From contig NIVC01000150.1 of the NCBI GenBank assembly GCA_002269645.1, positions 558,001-622,000 on the forward strand: a stretch of DNA of 64,000 bases, in the 5' to 3' direction. Origin of the DNA: Macrostomum lignano. Its lineage: Eukaryota. Below are positions 18,101 through 30,039 of the stretch, one piece after another. The notes below the pieces were generated by a model. It saw only the letters and a program-made list of their open reading frames with translations. It did not search any database and was not told where the DNA came from. Positions within the stretch are counted from its first letter, which is position 1; every line of letters begins with the position of its first letter. A program made the position numbers and the translations under genes.

Positions 18101-18831
18101 AGTATCTGTGCACTAAACTGCACATGCCTGTTTACTTTGTCCGCAGTCCCTTCCAGATCAATCCACTGGTTTGATCAACAATTCAATGGTTCGCACTTGA
18201 ACCTAACACTGCACACTGATGAAGGAATCCCCAAGCCAGAGCTGCACTGCTCCCTGAGAACTGAGACTGTCAGCATCTGGAATCTCACGGTGAGATGCCG
18301 AGTTGATGCCGAGTGATTAATTACGGAGATCTGCCAAACTGTGGCCTGTGCTCATTCCACAGCTCATTCCAGAGCCAGATCTCATCGGCAGCAGTGGAGG
18401 CTGGATTCAACGATCTCGGCTGTTGCACAGGTTCGCGGAGCGTCATTCCGAGGTCACTGTCACGTGTCTCATCAGCCAGGGTCTGCTTCCACCAGCAGAG
18501 AGCTCAAAGACCCTTCGAGCCGTGTGTCGTGAGTTGCTTTGCGAATAAGCCGACTCCTACTCAAATCGCTGAATCGAGGCTTAGAAAGAAGTGCGCTTTG
18601 TACTTTTCAGCCAGCATCAGAATTATAGGCTCGTCGCCATCTGTTGACGTCAGCGCGTTGACCCGTGTCGTGCTCTGCTGCTTGCTGGCGGTGGCACTGG
18701 CAGCTGTGGGTCTCGCAGTGGCTGCCGCGGTGCTGAAGCGGTCGGGAACAGCCGGCACCGCTGCCAGAAGGGCCGCGGAGCGGTCAGCTGCTGCCAAGCC
18801 GGCCGACCCCAGCGTGAGCTGCGTTTTTTAA
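15102..18831 (+). CDS. Type I membrane protein with F-type-lectin (F5/8C)-like and Ig-like segments; 5' exons not resolved
   Basis: Exons 15102-15326, 15681-15889, 17040-17154, 17230-17405, 17513-17672, 18147-18289, 18363-18528, 18611-18831 join in frame. FHTSG...[21 protein letters not shown] is FTP-like; [18 protein letters not shown]...VTVTCLISQ is Ig-like; [25 protein letters not shown] is followed by KR and a short tail ending SCVF*. Confidence 0.7.
15339..15597 (-). mobile_element. CORE-type (MIR-like) SINE
   Basis: Reverse strand has a B-box-like GGTTCGATTC, then GAGCAAGACGCTTAACTTCTGCATTT..CAGTTCACCCAGCTGTAAAATGGGT, resembling the CORE domain. Second copy at 35930-37055. Confidence 0.75.
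15919..17018. mobile_element. Non-autonomous hAT-like DNA transposon (1.1 kb) with a 30-bp subterminal array
   Basis: Terminal inverted repeats (T[A/T]GGGGTGTTCGGG ... CCCGAACACCCCTA); perfect 8-bp TSD GTTAGGCT at 15911-15918 and 17019-17026; (GAAACCCGACCCGACCCCGAAACCCGACCC)n at ~16605-17010. Confidence 0.88.
17683..18110. mobile_element. MITE-like dispersed repeat, copy A
   Basis: ~400 bp highly similar to 37093-37550; imperfect terminal inverted repeats (GATACT.A.ATAACT.GAT / ATCTAGTTATT..GTATCTGTG). Confidence 0.8.
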
Positions 18832-19067
18832 ACATCTTCTTCTGTCTTCTTTTGCAAAAACTTGCAGCCCTGTTCCATTGCAGACTGAGTACTGCTATGA
18901 GGCTTAAATCGGTCGTATCAAGTGTTGACTCTCAAGCTTCGAGACGAAGAAGAATTTGCAAATCTGATTGACTTACGAGCGTATTTATCCTCGAACTCTT
19001 TTTATTTCATTGGCAAATTTTTATCAGAACTTTTAATTAGAAGTACTTTTAGTTGTAGTCCTCTCCG

Positions 19068-19290
19068 AGCTGCTTTTGTACTTTTAGTAGCTGAAGTTAT
19101 TCACTGAGCTGCTTTTGTACTTTTAGTAGCTGAAGTTATTCACTGAGCTGCTTTTGTACTTTTAGTAGCTGAAGTTATTAACTGAGCTGCTTTTGTACTT
19201 TTAGTAGCTGAAGTTATTCACTGAGCTGCTTTTGTACTTTTAGTAGCTGAAGTTATTCACTGAGCTGCTTTTGTACTTTTAGTAGTTTAA
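19068..19290. repeat. 39-bp tandem repeat (GAGCTGCTTTTGTACTTTTAGTAGCTGAAGTTATTCACT)
   Basis: Directly visible. Confidence 0.92.
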
Positions 19291-19715
19291 AGTACTCTTG
19301 TACTTATAGTACTTGTTCCCATAACTTTTTCTGTACTTTTAGTAGCTGTTCACTGAGCTGCTTTTGTACATTTACCAGGGTAGTACAAGCTAGTGAAAGT
19401 ACAAGTTTAAAGTACTCTTGTAATTTTAGTACTCGTTCCCTCAACTTTTTCTGTACTTTTAGTAGCTGTTAATTGAGCTGCTCTTGTGACGCACGAATCG
19501 ACGGGTCTTCAATAAGAAAAGAAAGCAAACTCGCTACTCGATTTAATCGAAAATATTTTATTTATGATTTGGTTAGAGACGGAAATCAGTCAAATTGAAG
19601 GGATACGGGCAGGTAAGCAAGCATCAGGCGGAGCCATACTAAACATCAAGCATGATTTTTACACGGGGCCTTGTACAGAACTTGATATGAACCACAGTGC
19701 GCCCGTCGGCCACTG

Positions 19716-22700
19716 TCACATCGGAGTCGCTTCCTCCGCTTCAGCCTCGCCTTCCGCCTCTTCGTCGAGCCTGTCGCTGCCGGCCTCCTGGCACCAGAGC
19801 CGACGATTGTTGATTATCCCGGATCCGTTATTGCCAGGAGCTTCCGTTGCTCCACCGCCCACGGATGCTTCGTCCAGCGTCGCCGCGTGCAGCGTCTCGA
19901 TGGTGATCGGCCTGGACATTGAGCAGCCGCCCGACCCACCCGACTGGCCGCCAGCAGTCGGCGTGGTGGCCGCGCTTCCGCCGCCGACGCCGCCGCCGCC
20001 GCCGCCGCCTTCGACGCCGCATTTCCGGTTGTGCTGTCGATAGTAGGACTTCAGGTCCAGCTGGCGGCCGAACTCCGCCTCTTTCTTCTGCCTGTCGTAT
20101 TTCCAGTTGCGCTCCACAACTGTGCCAGAGGAATAGGGCAGAGAGAAAGTGAGGCAAATGGCGGAGTGAGGGGTGGTGGAGTGAGGTGGGTGGCGGAGTG
20201 AGTTGGGTGGCGGAGTGAGGGGTGGCGGAGTGGGGTGGGTAGCGGAGTGAGTCAGGTGGCGGAGTGAGGTGGGCAGCGGAGTGGGGTGGGTGGCGGAGTG
20301 AGGTGGGTGGCGGAGTAAAGTGGGTGGCGGAGTGGGTTGGGCGGCGGAGTGAGGTGGACAGCGGAGTGGGGTGGTTGGCGGAGTGAGTCAGGTGGCGAAG
20401 TAAGGTGGGTAGCGGATTAAGGTAGGTTGCGTAATAAGGAGTGAGGTGGATGCATGTAGTTAAAACATTTACCTCAATTGAGAATCGTTTACCTTAGCTC
20501 ATTTTGCCCCCAGAAAAGTGCGATTCAACTATGAAAATATTTGCAATTTTGACATTCTAGACAGAAGCATACTTTTCATAATAGCAGGATTCAATTCATT
20601 CTTACACTTCTGCATTTAACGCAATCCAGCCTAGAAGCTCCGTTCACACCACTAAATTTAAAATAAGTAGACAATATTGGGTAATTTCTCAGTCACTCAC
20701 ATTTGTAATTGGGATTCCTCGGTTTCCAGTACACCTTCTCCCAGATAAGCAGGGCTAAAAAGATGGCCAAGAATATGCCCGCCACAATTCCCAGGGCGGC
20801 GTTGCTGGTGGAGAACAGGCTCTGGGCCACCTCCTCAGCCACCTCGGAGCTCTGGCCCGCCTGCCATGAGGGTGGAAAGCAATAAATCTGTTTTTTTTAT
20901 ACTTAAGCGCACTCACCCACTACATGCGCCTATAAACCCTAATCTAGACACCCACCTCACTCCCTGCACCTATAGATCTTCATCTAGCCACCTACCCTAC
21001 TCCCTGCCCCTATAGACTCTCATCCAGCCACCCACCTCACTCCTTGCCCCTATAGACCCTCATCCAGCCACCCACCTCACTCCTTGCCCCTATAGACCCT
21101 CATTTAGTCACCCACCTCACCCCCTGCCCCTATAGACCCTCATCTAGCAACCCACCTCACTCCTTGGCCCTATAGACCCTCATCTAGCAACCCACCTCAC
21201 TCCTTGGCCCTATAGACCCTCATCTAGCAACCCACCTCACTCCTTGCCCCTATAGACCCTCATCTAGCCACCCACCTCACTCCTTGCCCCTATAGACCCT
21301 CATCTAGCCACCCACCTTACTCCATCTCAGCTTCCTACCTGGTCGGCCCCATGCGTGTGGCCTACAATTCTGCGATAGACGTTGATCTGCTCTCTGAGGA
21401 TTGTGGCAGCCAAGCAGCTGTTGACTTCTGTGCCCAAGTTTGAGTACATTCCTCTGAGTGAGGGCCTTTTGAGCACGTACTGCGGCTTAATCCGATTCAT
21501 TCTATCCTGATGCTCCTCGCGCAGGTGCAGGTACATGTAGTGCTCGATCAGTGCTCCGTGATGTCGGGCCTCCGACTCTTTGTCTTCCGTGAAGTTGCTG
21601 CGGAGCAGACTGCGCCAGTCGCTGATCACTGAGGTTTTGAAGTTTTTTGAGCACGAAAAAGCTCACCAAATGCTCACTGCCTCACATTGGGCTTTATTAT
21701 CACATCCACCCACTCCTTGCCCTCAGAGCCTCATCCAGCCACCAATTTCACTCCTTCACACTTCATCCCACATTAATATCAACTCTTCAGTCAGATACCC
21801 ACCTCACTCCCTTTCCCACATCAACTCAGTCAGACACCCACCTCACTCCCTTTCCCACATCAACTCAGTCAGACACCCACCTCACTCCCTTTCCCACATC
21901 AACTCAGTCAGACACCCACCTCACTCCCTTACCCCATCAACCCCTCTGTCAGACACACACCTCACTCCCTTCCCCACATCAACTCCTCAGTTAGACACCC
22001 ACCTCACTCCCTTACCCCATCAACCCCTCTGTTAGGCACCCACTTCACTCCCTTCCCCACATCAACCCCTCAGTCAGACACCCACCTCACTCTCTACCCA
22101 CATCAACCCCTCTGTCAGACACCCACCTCACTCCCTACGCACATCAACCCCTTAGTCAGACACTCACCTCACTTCATACCCCAAGCAATTCCTAAAAGCG
22201 AAAATCTCCACAGAGTGCACGGAAAACTTTTTTAAAGTAGCAACTCACAAACGGGTGTCGAGCCTAGCTCATAAACAAATATTTGTTCATACGACCCGTT
22301 GATAACAGTGATCTGAAATGAATTAATTCAACAAATCTAGGTTAGGCAAGAAACGAGATTAAACTTAAATGACTAATTTCTCAGTAAACTTTAAAATACA
22401 AGCTATAAGATTTTTTCTTGAACAGCTGTCGCCGCCCAGACCAGAGACTGGAAGTCGTGGTTGTACTTTATTAAAATTAGAAAAATTTGCATAAAAAAGC
22501 GCCCAGTCCATTGCAGACACTGCTGGCTAGGCTATGATATCTAAAATGACTGTACACCAAGCCACTATTTAGTACATTGTAGAGACGAAAGCAGGGCGAA
22601 AATGAAAAATGAGCAGTGCCTGTTTTCAGCACTCTATACGTGTAATTGCACAGATAATAACGGTCCCAAATCTCCAAGGCAAACGTCTCCTGAAAAGCAG

Positions 22701-23241
22701 CACCAACAGCAGGGCTCTGGTTTCGCTGTCTGCAGAGATTACAGCTGATTGATGGCCGGTGGGGATCAACACTGCCGCTCCCCCTGCCATCAGTTGGATT
22801 GATAGGCGGGGGGATCACAGGACAAAGCAGAACCTCAAGTATATATTGGAGAAACAATGCATTTTTTCTGTTTGATGCGGCATCTTGGAATGAAAGCTTT
22901 TATATTTCCTGAAGATTTTCTTTAGGAAGGGGGGGCGATCGGCAGGCGGCCCCTGGGTCAGACTGAAAGACCTTTTCCTTCGGCTCTTCTACTTGGCAAC
23001 AGCTGGCTTTCCTCTTTTGGACGGCGCTGGGGGCTCCGGGGTGCGGACACGGGCGGTCAGACTGCAAGACGACACCGCCGGAAAAAAGAAACTCGCGGGC
23101 TTAGCAGGCGGGGCGAGGGAATTCGGGATGGCAAAGTGTGGGAGACGCTGCTGCACTGCTGAGTGTCTTCATTTGAATCATTGGGTCTGTTTGATGGCCC
23201 CTTGACCTGGTTTCCTGGTTGACTTTCTGTCTGTCTGTCTT

Positions 23242-23282
<41 letters not shown>

Positions 23283-23283
23283 G

Positions 23284-23374
<91 letters not shown>

Positions 23375-26300
23375 GTGTCTGTCTGTCTGTCTGTCTGTGT
23401 GTCTGTCTGACTGTCTGTCTGTCTGTCTGTGTGTCTGTCTGACTGTCTGTCTGTCTCCAGTCCTCAGGCCGTCCATATTGGCAGTAAAGGACTCGCTGTG
23501 CCGAATCAGTGCAGCAAGGCGCCTAACGACTTGGACGGCAGCAATAAAAGTCGGTCCCGCTTGCATGCATGGCCGACAATCAATACAAATGCGCCAGCTG
23601 GGCCGCTGTTTCAAGCGCAGAAATCTGCTGTTTGACTGATGAGGGAAAGAGTGAAAGATTTGCACCCAGCTTCACTCCCATCAGCCTAAATACTCTTATT
23701 CATGCCCTGAGTGTTGAAATCTTCAGCTTGAAATCAAATATTTTCAATCTTGATCTTCTGTTAGCCACCTGAATCTCATTCTCTTCAGCCACCTGAATCT
23801 CATTCTCTTCAGCCACCTGAATCTCATTCTCTTCAGCCACCTGAATCTCATTCTCTTCAGCCAACTGAATCTCATTCTCTTCAGCCACCTGAATCTCATT
23901 CTCTTCAGCCACCTGAATCTCATTCTCTTCAGCCACCTGAATCTCATTCTCTTCAGCCAACTGAATCTCATTCTCTTCAGCCACCTGAATCTCATTCTCT
24001 TCAGCCACCTGAATCTCATTCTCTTCAGCCACCTGAATCTCATTCTCTTCAGCCACCTGAATCTCATTCTCTTCAGCCACCTGAATCTCATTCTCTTCAG
24101 CCACCGGAATCTCATTCTCTTCAGCCACCTGAATCTCATTCTCTTCAGCCACTTGAATCTCATTCTCTTCAGCCACCTGAATCTCATTCTCTTCAGCCAC
24201 CTGAATCTCATTCTCTTCAGCCACCTGAATCTCATTCTCTTCAGCCACCTGAATCTCATTCTCTTCAGCCACCTGAATCTCATTCTCTTCAGCCACCTGA
24301 ATCTCATTCGCTTAAGCTGAGCTCAGGGCTCACATTGGTCTGAAAGAACCGGCTGTCCTCCTCGGTCTGAGCGCCCTGACTCAGAGCGGTGGTCACCCCC
24401 GCGGTGAACATGGAGATGAGCACCAGCCCGAAGCTGATCCAGGCCATGGCGAACAGCCGGCCGCAGATGGTCTTCGGCGAGCGGTCGCCGTAGCTGCGGG
24501 ATCGAGGGGATTGTTATGGGAGGAGGGGTCATGAGACCTCGTTTAGATCTGAGACTGGTTAGAAAGATTGCGATAGGAAAGAACAGAAATTTGACCTTTA
24601 ACTGGTCTGGAAGGTCTAGATGACTTAACTATCTACTCTAAGGGATCACATGACTTCGGATGACCTTCAACTGGTCTGAAAGGTCTAGTTGATGTATCAT
24701 ATATTCTGAGGGGTCACGTGACTTCGGATGACCTTCACCTGGTCTGAAAGGTCTAACTGATTTTACTATCTATTCTGGGGGGTCACATGACCTCTGATGA
24801 CCTGCAACTAGTCTGGAAGGTCCTGGTGACATGCCCTCTGCCCTCCACTTTGATAATATGCCGACTTGGAAATATCAGAATGAATTTGAAAAGGGATTCG
24901 AAATGACTTCCTATAGGACCCAGATGCACTTCGAAGTAGTTTAATAGAAAAATAATTTCCAAACGAAGTTAGAACTTTAGGATGTTTTTCATCATTCCAA
25001 CCAAGCTTCCGTTTTTATCTCTTTGTCGGCAGGCAAGCGAAGGAAGCAGCTCTCAATCTGTCTATTCAGTGCTTTCTTTATTCACGTTTCCGTTGCCGTC
25101 TCGGTCTCAGACGGCAGGTAGCAGAGCCAAGGAACCAGAGTCAGTGCCCTCAATCCAACAGCAGAGAGCGACGGCTGATGAATTATTAATTTGTCAAGAA
25201 ATCGGCAAGAACCCTCTGAGTGGAAGGGATAAGTGGGTGCTGACGGAGAGCAGAAATCTATGGATTCGATTTATTCCTCGAGTGGGGGGACGGCTGGGAG
25301 ACCCCCGGGCTCTCAAGTATGCGATCGATTAATGCTACCCGCCAGCGGTGAGGCAGGTAGAATAAGCGAATAAACGACAGAATTTCTGGCTGCATATATT
25401 TTTTTTCAAAAAAATGCGAGACAATGGCTTAAAGCCCCTGATCTCGCCTTACCCCACAGTTGTCATGGTGATGAAAGCCCACCACCAGCCTTCCCAGAAG
25501 CCGCGAACAAAAGGCCTGGGAAATTCTTGGGGATTTCTCAGCCTCTCCTGCGGGTGGGCAGATGCGGGGCGAGAGTGATGAGGCGTATTCTGCATGCTTA
25601 GTAAAGAAAAGCTCCCAGCCAGTGCACTATTTTTCTGCAGTTGAATTCTTTTGCACTATAAAACTTGGTTTTGCACAACATTTGATCTGGTCATTGGGTT
25701 TCCCACTGTGGTTTATTACTCATTCCTCTGGCTCATTTTACTGAATCATTCCATGGATTCATTCCTCAATAACTCATTCCTCTGACTCATATCTTTATGA
25801 CTAATTCCTCTGAATCATTTCTTTATGACTCATTCCTCTGACTCATCTCTTTATGACTCATTCCTCTGACTCATCTCTTTATGACTCATTCCTCTGACTT
25901 ATCTATTTATGACTCATTCCTCTGACTCATCTCTTTATGACTCATTCCTCTGACTCATCTCTTTATGACTCATTCCTCTGACTCATCTCCTTATGACTCA
26001 TTACTGAATGACGCATCTTATATCCTCCAAATGCCCCCTATAACCTAAGAGTTAGCAAAAATTAAATTCAATCCATTCACTACAAATTCTAACAAAACTT
26101 TTTGAGATGACGCCAGACCTCACCATGAACCAGACAAGCACTGCAGCGAATGAGCAGGAGACAATGATGATGAGCAGCAGAGGCCAGGCCTGTCCAATGA
26201 CTCTCAGCTGCGGCATGCTGGTCTGGTGCGGACCCGCTGGCGGATCCAGCCACACGGCGCCTAAGAAGAGGAGCAGGGAGGAAGGTTTCAAAGGGGGGAT

Positions 26301-28826
26301 CTTAATTGAATCTAAAAATAGCGCGATCCCGTTCAGCTCACAGCCAATTAGAGAGCGGCTCTAGGGATGGGGTGTGCAGAGTGTACATTTACTGTGGTTA
26401 CTGGATGAACGGGTATGAAGACGCAGTCTAAAAATAGCATTCGTGTACAACTGAGAGCCTATAAAAATAAAGCGTTGGGGTTGACTTTACCGAATGTACA
26501 AGCATAGACAGATCACGTGATCTGCAATTCGATTGATGCACGTGATACACGGCCCTAAACAGATCGAAAACGCGATTCGAAAGAAGGCCTGCTCGAAATT
26601 TTCCTTGTTAAAAAAATTTTACTGGTACGTAACGAAGCAAACCCGGAAAATTCAATAGAATAAAAGACAAGGAAATCTCATTTGGACATCTGTAAACGAA
26701 TTAGTGCTAATTTGATTAGAAATGTGCCTCAAGAAACTGAAGGCTTTGCAGACAAAACGATGAGATTCGATTAATCTGCTTGACTAAACTCCGAAGCGCA
26801 AGTTCCAAGTTCTTTAAGTACAGCCGTGAATAATAAAAAGCTTTGGCTTTCCCAAGCAAATCGATTCCCATGGCTCGAACGGCTTGAATCTATAATCGAT
26901 TAAAACAAAAGCACTTCCTTAAGTCTGAGCCTTTTTTTCCTCTTTGAACAAGCAGGACAGCAATTTTCGGAGCTCTCCAGAGTTCACCGAGGTCAGCGCA
27001 TGGATTAGCCTGCTAACATTCCGGCAGCAATTGACAAACGTCACTGCAGCTTTCCTAACTTTCCACCCCGATAAGCCGGGATTTCGCCCTCCAGGCTCCC
27101 AAGGCCTGTCCAAAAAGTCGACCCAAACAGTTTGAAAGTGCCAGAAGAGGAGAATAGGGGGGGGGGGGCGCTGGCATATGTCCCCTTTGAACTGCATTTT
27201 TTCGGCCAGTTTTTCAAAGCCTGCTTTTATCACAGCTGTGCTTTGGCCTCTCCCCCTCTGCTGCATCAGCCAAACAAGTGGGGTGTAAACAGTCCACCGA
27301 AAGGCAATTTAGCCAACTGCACTGCAGTTTTGCTTTCGCCAGCTGCAAGTGGAAAGCCGTATATAATTGCGCAGAACGAATAGAGGAGCTTTCGAACCAG
27401 AGAAATGGGAAAGGGATCGAAGCGTGTGGAGCGTTGACGTTTTGAAAGATGACCGGGTCACAGGTGGCTGGGCAAGAGTTACTGTTAAAGACGAATTGCA
27501 AAAGCACGCAACTCAAACGAGGCACTAGGACTCCGTTGCTACGGGGATAGGGAAATGAAGATTTCGAATCTCGAGTTAACCGGAGTAGAAGGGGGTTAAT
27601 AAAGATTTATGAGGCAACGCTGTTACTTCGACAGACGGATGAGATGAAGGAAAGTTACGAGTAAATGCAAAATCTCAATTATTGAACAGGTGTGCTAGTA
27701 GGGTCAGCTGACACTCGCGCCGCGATCCCTGGTTCGATTCCGTGTTAATGCAAATTCATTTGGGGCTTCTGTGCACTAAAATTGGGCAGTGGGGTTGTTG
27801 TGCGATTCGCAGCAGTGAGGGACAACCCCACCCCAAGGCACAGAGAGTGTACAGTGAGGGACAACCCCACCCCAAGGCACAGAGAGTGTACAGTGAGGGA
27901 CAACCCCACCCCAAGGCACAGAGAGTGTACAGTGAGGGACAACCCCACCCCAAGGCACAGAGAGCGTACAGTGAGGGACAACCCCACCCCAAGGCACAGA
28001 GAGTGTACACGCCTGACGATTAGAACGCCAGGGCCGCTGTTGACCCTGTGTGAGCGTGTGAGTGCCTGGGTACACTATTGGCGCTCAGGAGACAGCAGAA
28101 TGGGCAGAATTGCCTCAGCACTGGTTTGTGGGACGATGTCACTGAAGTCGTTGCGCTAGAGTGCCCCTCAGCCCTCCTGCCAATATTTATTTTATTTTGG
28201 ATTCATTTTTAGAGCCGCATAACTTTATCGCGGAGTTCGAACTGAACTTTTCTCAAAGTCGTAGCATTAAATTTAATCAGACGAGTAAAATTGAGTCTCC
28301 AGGTACGTCTGAAGCGAGTATGTCAGGTCTTCAAATATTAATAAATTTCAATATTTAATAACTTCCAGACCAGATTTTGGAAGATGCAGGACAACAAACA
28401 ACAACAGGATGAGACAACAAGATCAGGTGACCAAAAGAGCAGAGAATCGGGGGAAGTGGGGTTCAGTGAAGCACAGCTGGAACCTCACCTGGCGAGCTCA
28501 CAACCGGAATGAATGCGGTGTCGAGCGCCAGCCGACTAAGGAGCGGCGTGCCCGTGACCGGGAAGCTGAGGTTGCACTCAGCCAGACCCTGGCGCAGCAG
28601 TTCGTCTTCGTTCTGATAGCGTCGAAGGCGATATTTTGGTGAAGGTGTTGAATCAACTTTATCGCTAGCTAAACAGTCAGCGAGGGTCTCTTTGGCGAGG
28701 TTCCAGAACACGCCTTCGGTGTGGCCGTGTACCAGATCGGCGAATGGCGGGTGGCTGAAGTAGCCGATAGTTATTTCGGGTCCACTGGCTGTCATGCCAG
28801 TAGAGGACAGACCAGCGGTTGGGCAC
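19716..28826 (-). CDS. iGluR-architecture ligand-gated channel with K+ selectivity filter TTVGYGD (GluR0/AvGluR1-like); signal-peptide exon not located
   Basis: Exons 28826-28489 (S1), 26260-26124 (M1), 25547-25453 (pore helix [12 protein letters not shown]), 24493-24334 ([37 protein letters not shown]), 22312-22249 ([10 protein letters not shown]), 21628-21339 (S2, GALIEHY), 20860-20701 (M4) and 20119-19716 (tail). All are GT-AG, phase-consistent and stop-free. Confidence 0.88.
20160..20420. repeat. G-rich degenerate minisatellite (GGTGGCGGAGTGAG)
   Basis: Directly visible; intronic. Confidence 0.85.
20950..21325. repeat. 40-bp minisatellite (CCCACCTCACTCCTTGCCCCTATAGACCCTCATCTAGCCA)
   Basis: Directly visible. 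Confidence 0.92.
21780..22170. repeat. ~39-bp C-rich minisatellite
   Basis: CAGTCAGACACCCACCTCACTCCC...CACATCAAC repeats. Confidence 0.88.
23225..23455. repeat. (TCTG)n microsatellite
   Basis: Directly visible. Confidence 0.96.
23765..24308. repeat. 24-bp minisatellite (CAGCCACCTGAATCTCATTCTCTT)
   Basis: Directly visible; source of the AEENEIQV pseudo-ORF. Confidence 0.96.
25740..26005. repeat. 28-bp minisatellite (TGACTCATTCCTCTGACTCATCTCTTTA)
   Basis: Directly visible. Confidence 0.9.
27690..28065 (+). mobile_element. tRNA-derived SINE with an internal 39-bp tandem expansion (x5)
   Basis: B-box GGTTCGATTCC at ~27731; unit CAGTGAGGGACAACCCCACCCCAAGGCACAGAGAGTGTA repeated at ~27813-28008; tail shared with 6912-6980. 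Confidence 0.65.
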
Positions 28827-28894
28827 CTTGAATTGCGATTTATTTTTTTGTTTGGAGTGAGACGATAAAAACCATAGAATAAAACTTTATTAGA

Positions 28895-29255
28895 CCAGCC
28901 AATCAGGAGGAGTCTAGTGCAGAGAATCATTAAATGGAGCTGTTCTGGGCCAGCCAATCAGGTGAAGGAGGAGTGAGGTGGCGGTTAGCCTAGTGAAGAG
29001 AACCATAGAACGGAGCTGTTTTAGGCCGGCCAATCAGGAGAAGGAGGAGTGAGGTTGCAGTGAGCCTAGTGCAGAGAACCATAGAATGGAGCTGTTTTAG
29101 GCTAGCCAATCAGGAGAAGGAGGAGTGAGGTGGCGGTCAGTCTAGTGCAGAGAACCATAGAATGGAGTTGTTTTAGACCAGCCAATCAGGAGAAGGAGGA
29201 GTGAGGTGGCGGTCAGCCTAGTGCAGAGAACCATAGAATGGAGCTGTTTTAGCCC
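28895..29255. repeat. 76-bp tandem repeat (CCAATCAGGAGAAGGAGGAGTGAGG...)
   Basis: CCAATCAGG recurs at 29030, 29106 and 29182. Confidence 0.9.
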
Positions 29256-30039
29256 GAATGTTTGAGGTGCGGAAAATCGTGAAGCAATTTAGTTTTATGT
29301 AGATAAAGCAAGTGAAAGAAAAGGAAAGGACACATAGAATTTTCTCCTTAAACGACAGAGATAATCGGATGTAAATAAATGCAGGAAAGTCTGCTGGTTA
29401 CAATTTACAGACAGTTACAAAACCATACCTTGTTTTAGCTGACTCGCGCCTATGTTTGGTTAGGGAAAATTCGATTTTAAGATAAGCCTCTCTGATTGCC
29501 CAACAGTTAAAAAAGCTAGCAATGGTTCTGGTTTATAGTGAATCGGTTTGGTTTGCTCTCTACTACGCAAAGAATTCAAGCCCTGCTTTCATTGGCCGCT
29601 GTCTCGATGCAGCCAATCATATTCAGTCGATGGAGAGACTATTGAAAAAATTGGAAGTCCACTTTTAGCTAAGTCTTTTTCGATTGTAAATTTTATAAGA
29701 ACTGTGTGCAGTGTCTTGTCTTTTTTGTATGAATTGTGCCAGGAAAGCAAGCAGCTCTTTCCTGCTGAAAGTCTCACACTACAACAGAGGCAAAATAAAG
29801 AAATTTATTCGGGTCTAAAGAAACGCAGGCTGACAGTAGGGGTTGAGGCTTCAGAATATTCTGGATTAAAGCGGATTTGGCCTCAGATCTCCGCGCGGAG
29901 ACAGAAAGATGGAGTCAACATTCTGACAGCTGGTTAGAGTAACTGCCATTCTAGTTAGGCATATAATTCGTCCTGTTGTTTATTAAATATTACCGACAAA
30001 AAATTCAAGAGAGCTCTAATTCGGAATAAAATCAGGATG

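Noticed and set aside
23700-24307. (AEENEIQV)n acidic repeat ORF on the channel's strand
   Set aside because: A 24-bp minisatellite; the channel splices in frame around it (24334 to 22312).
24600-24830. Repeats with CTGATGA/CGGATGA...GAAA suggesting hammerhead ribozymes
   Set aside because: No stem II closing directly before GAAA and no stems I/III found.
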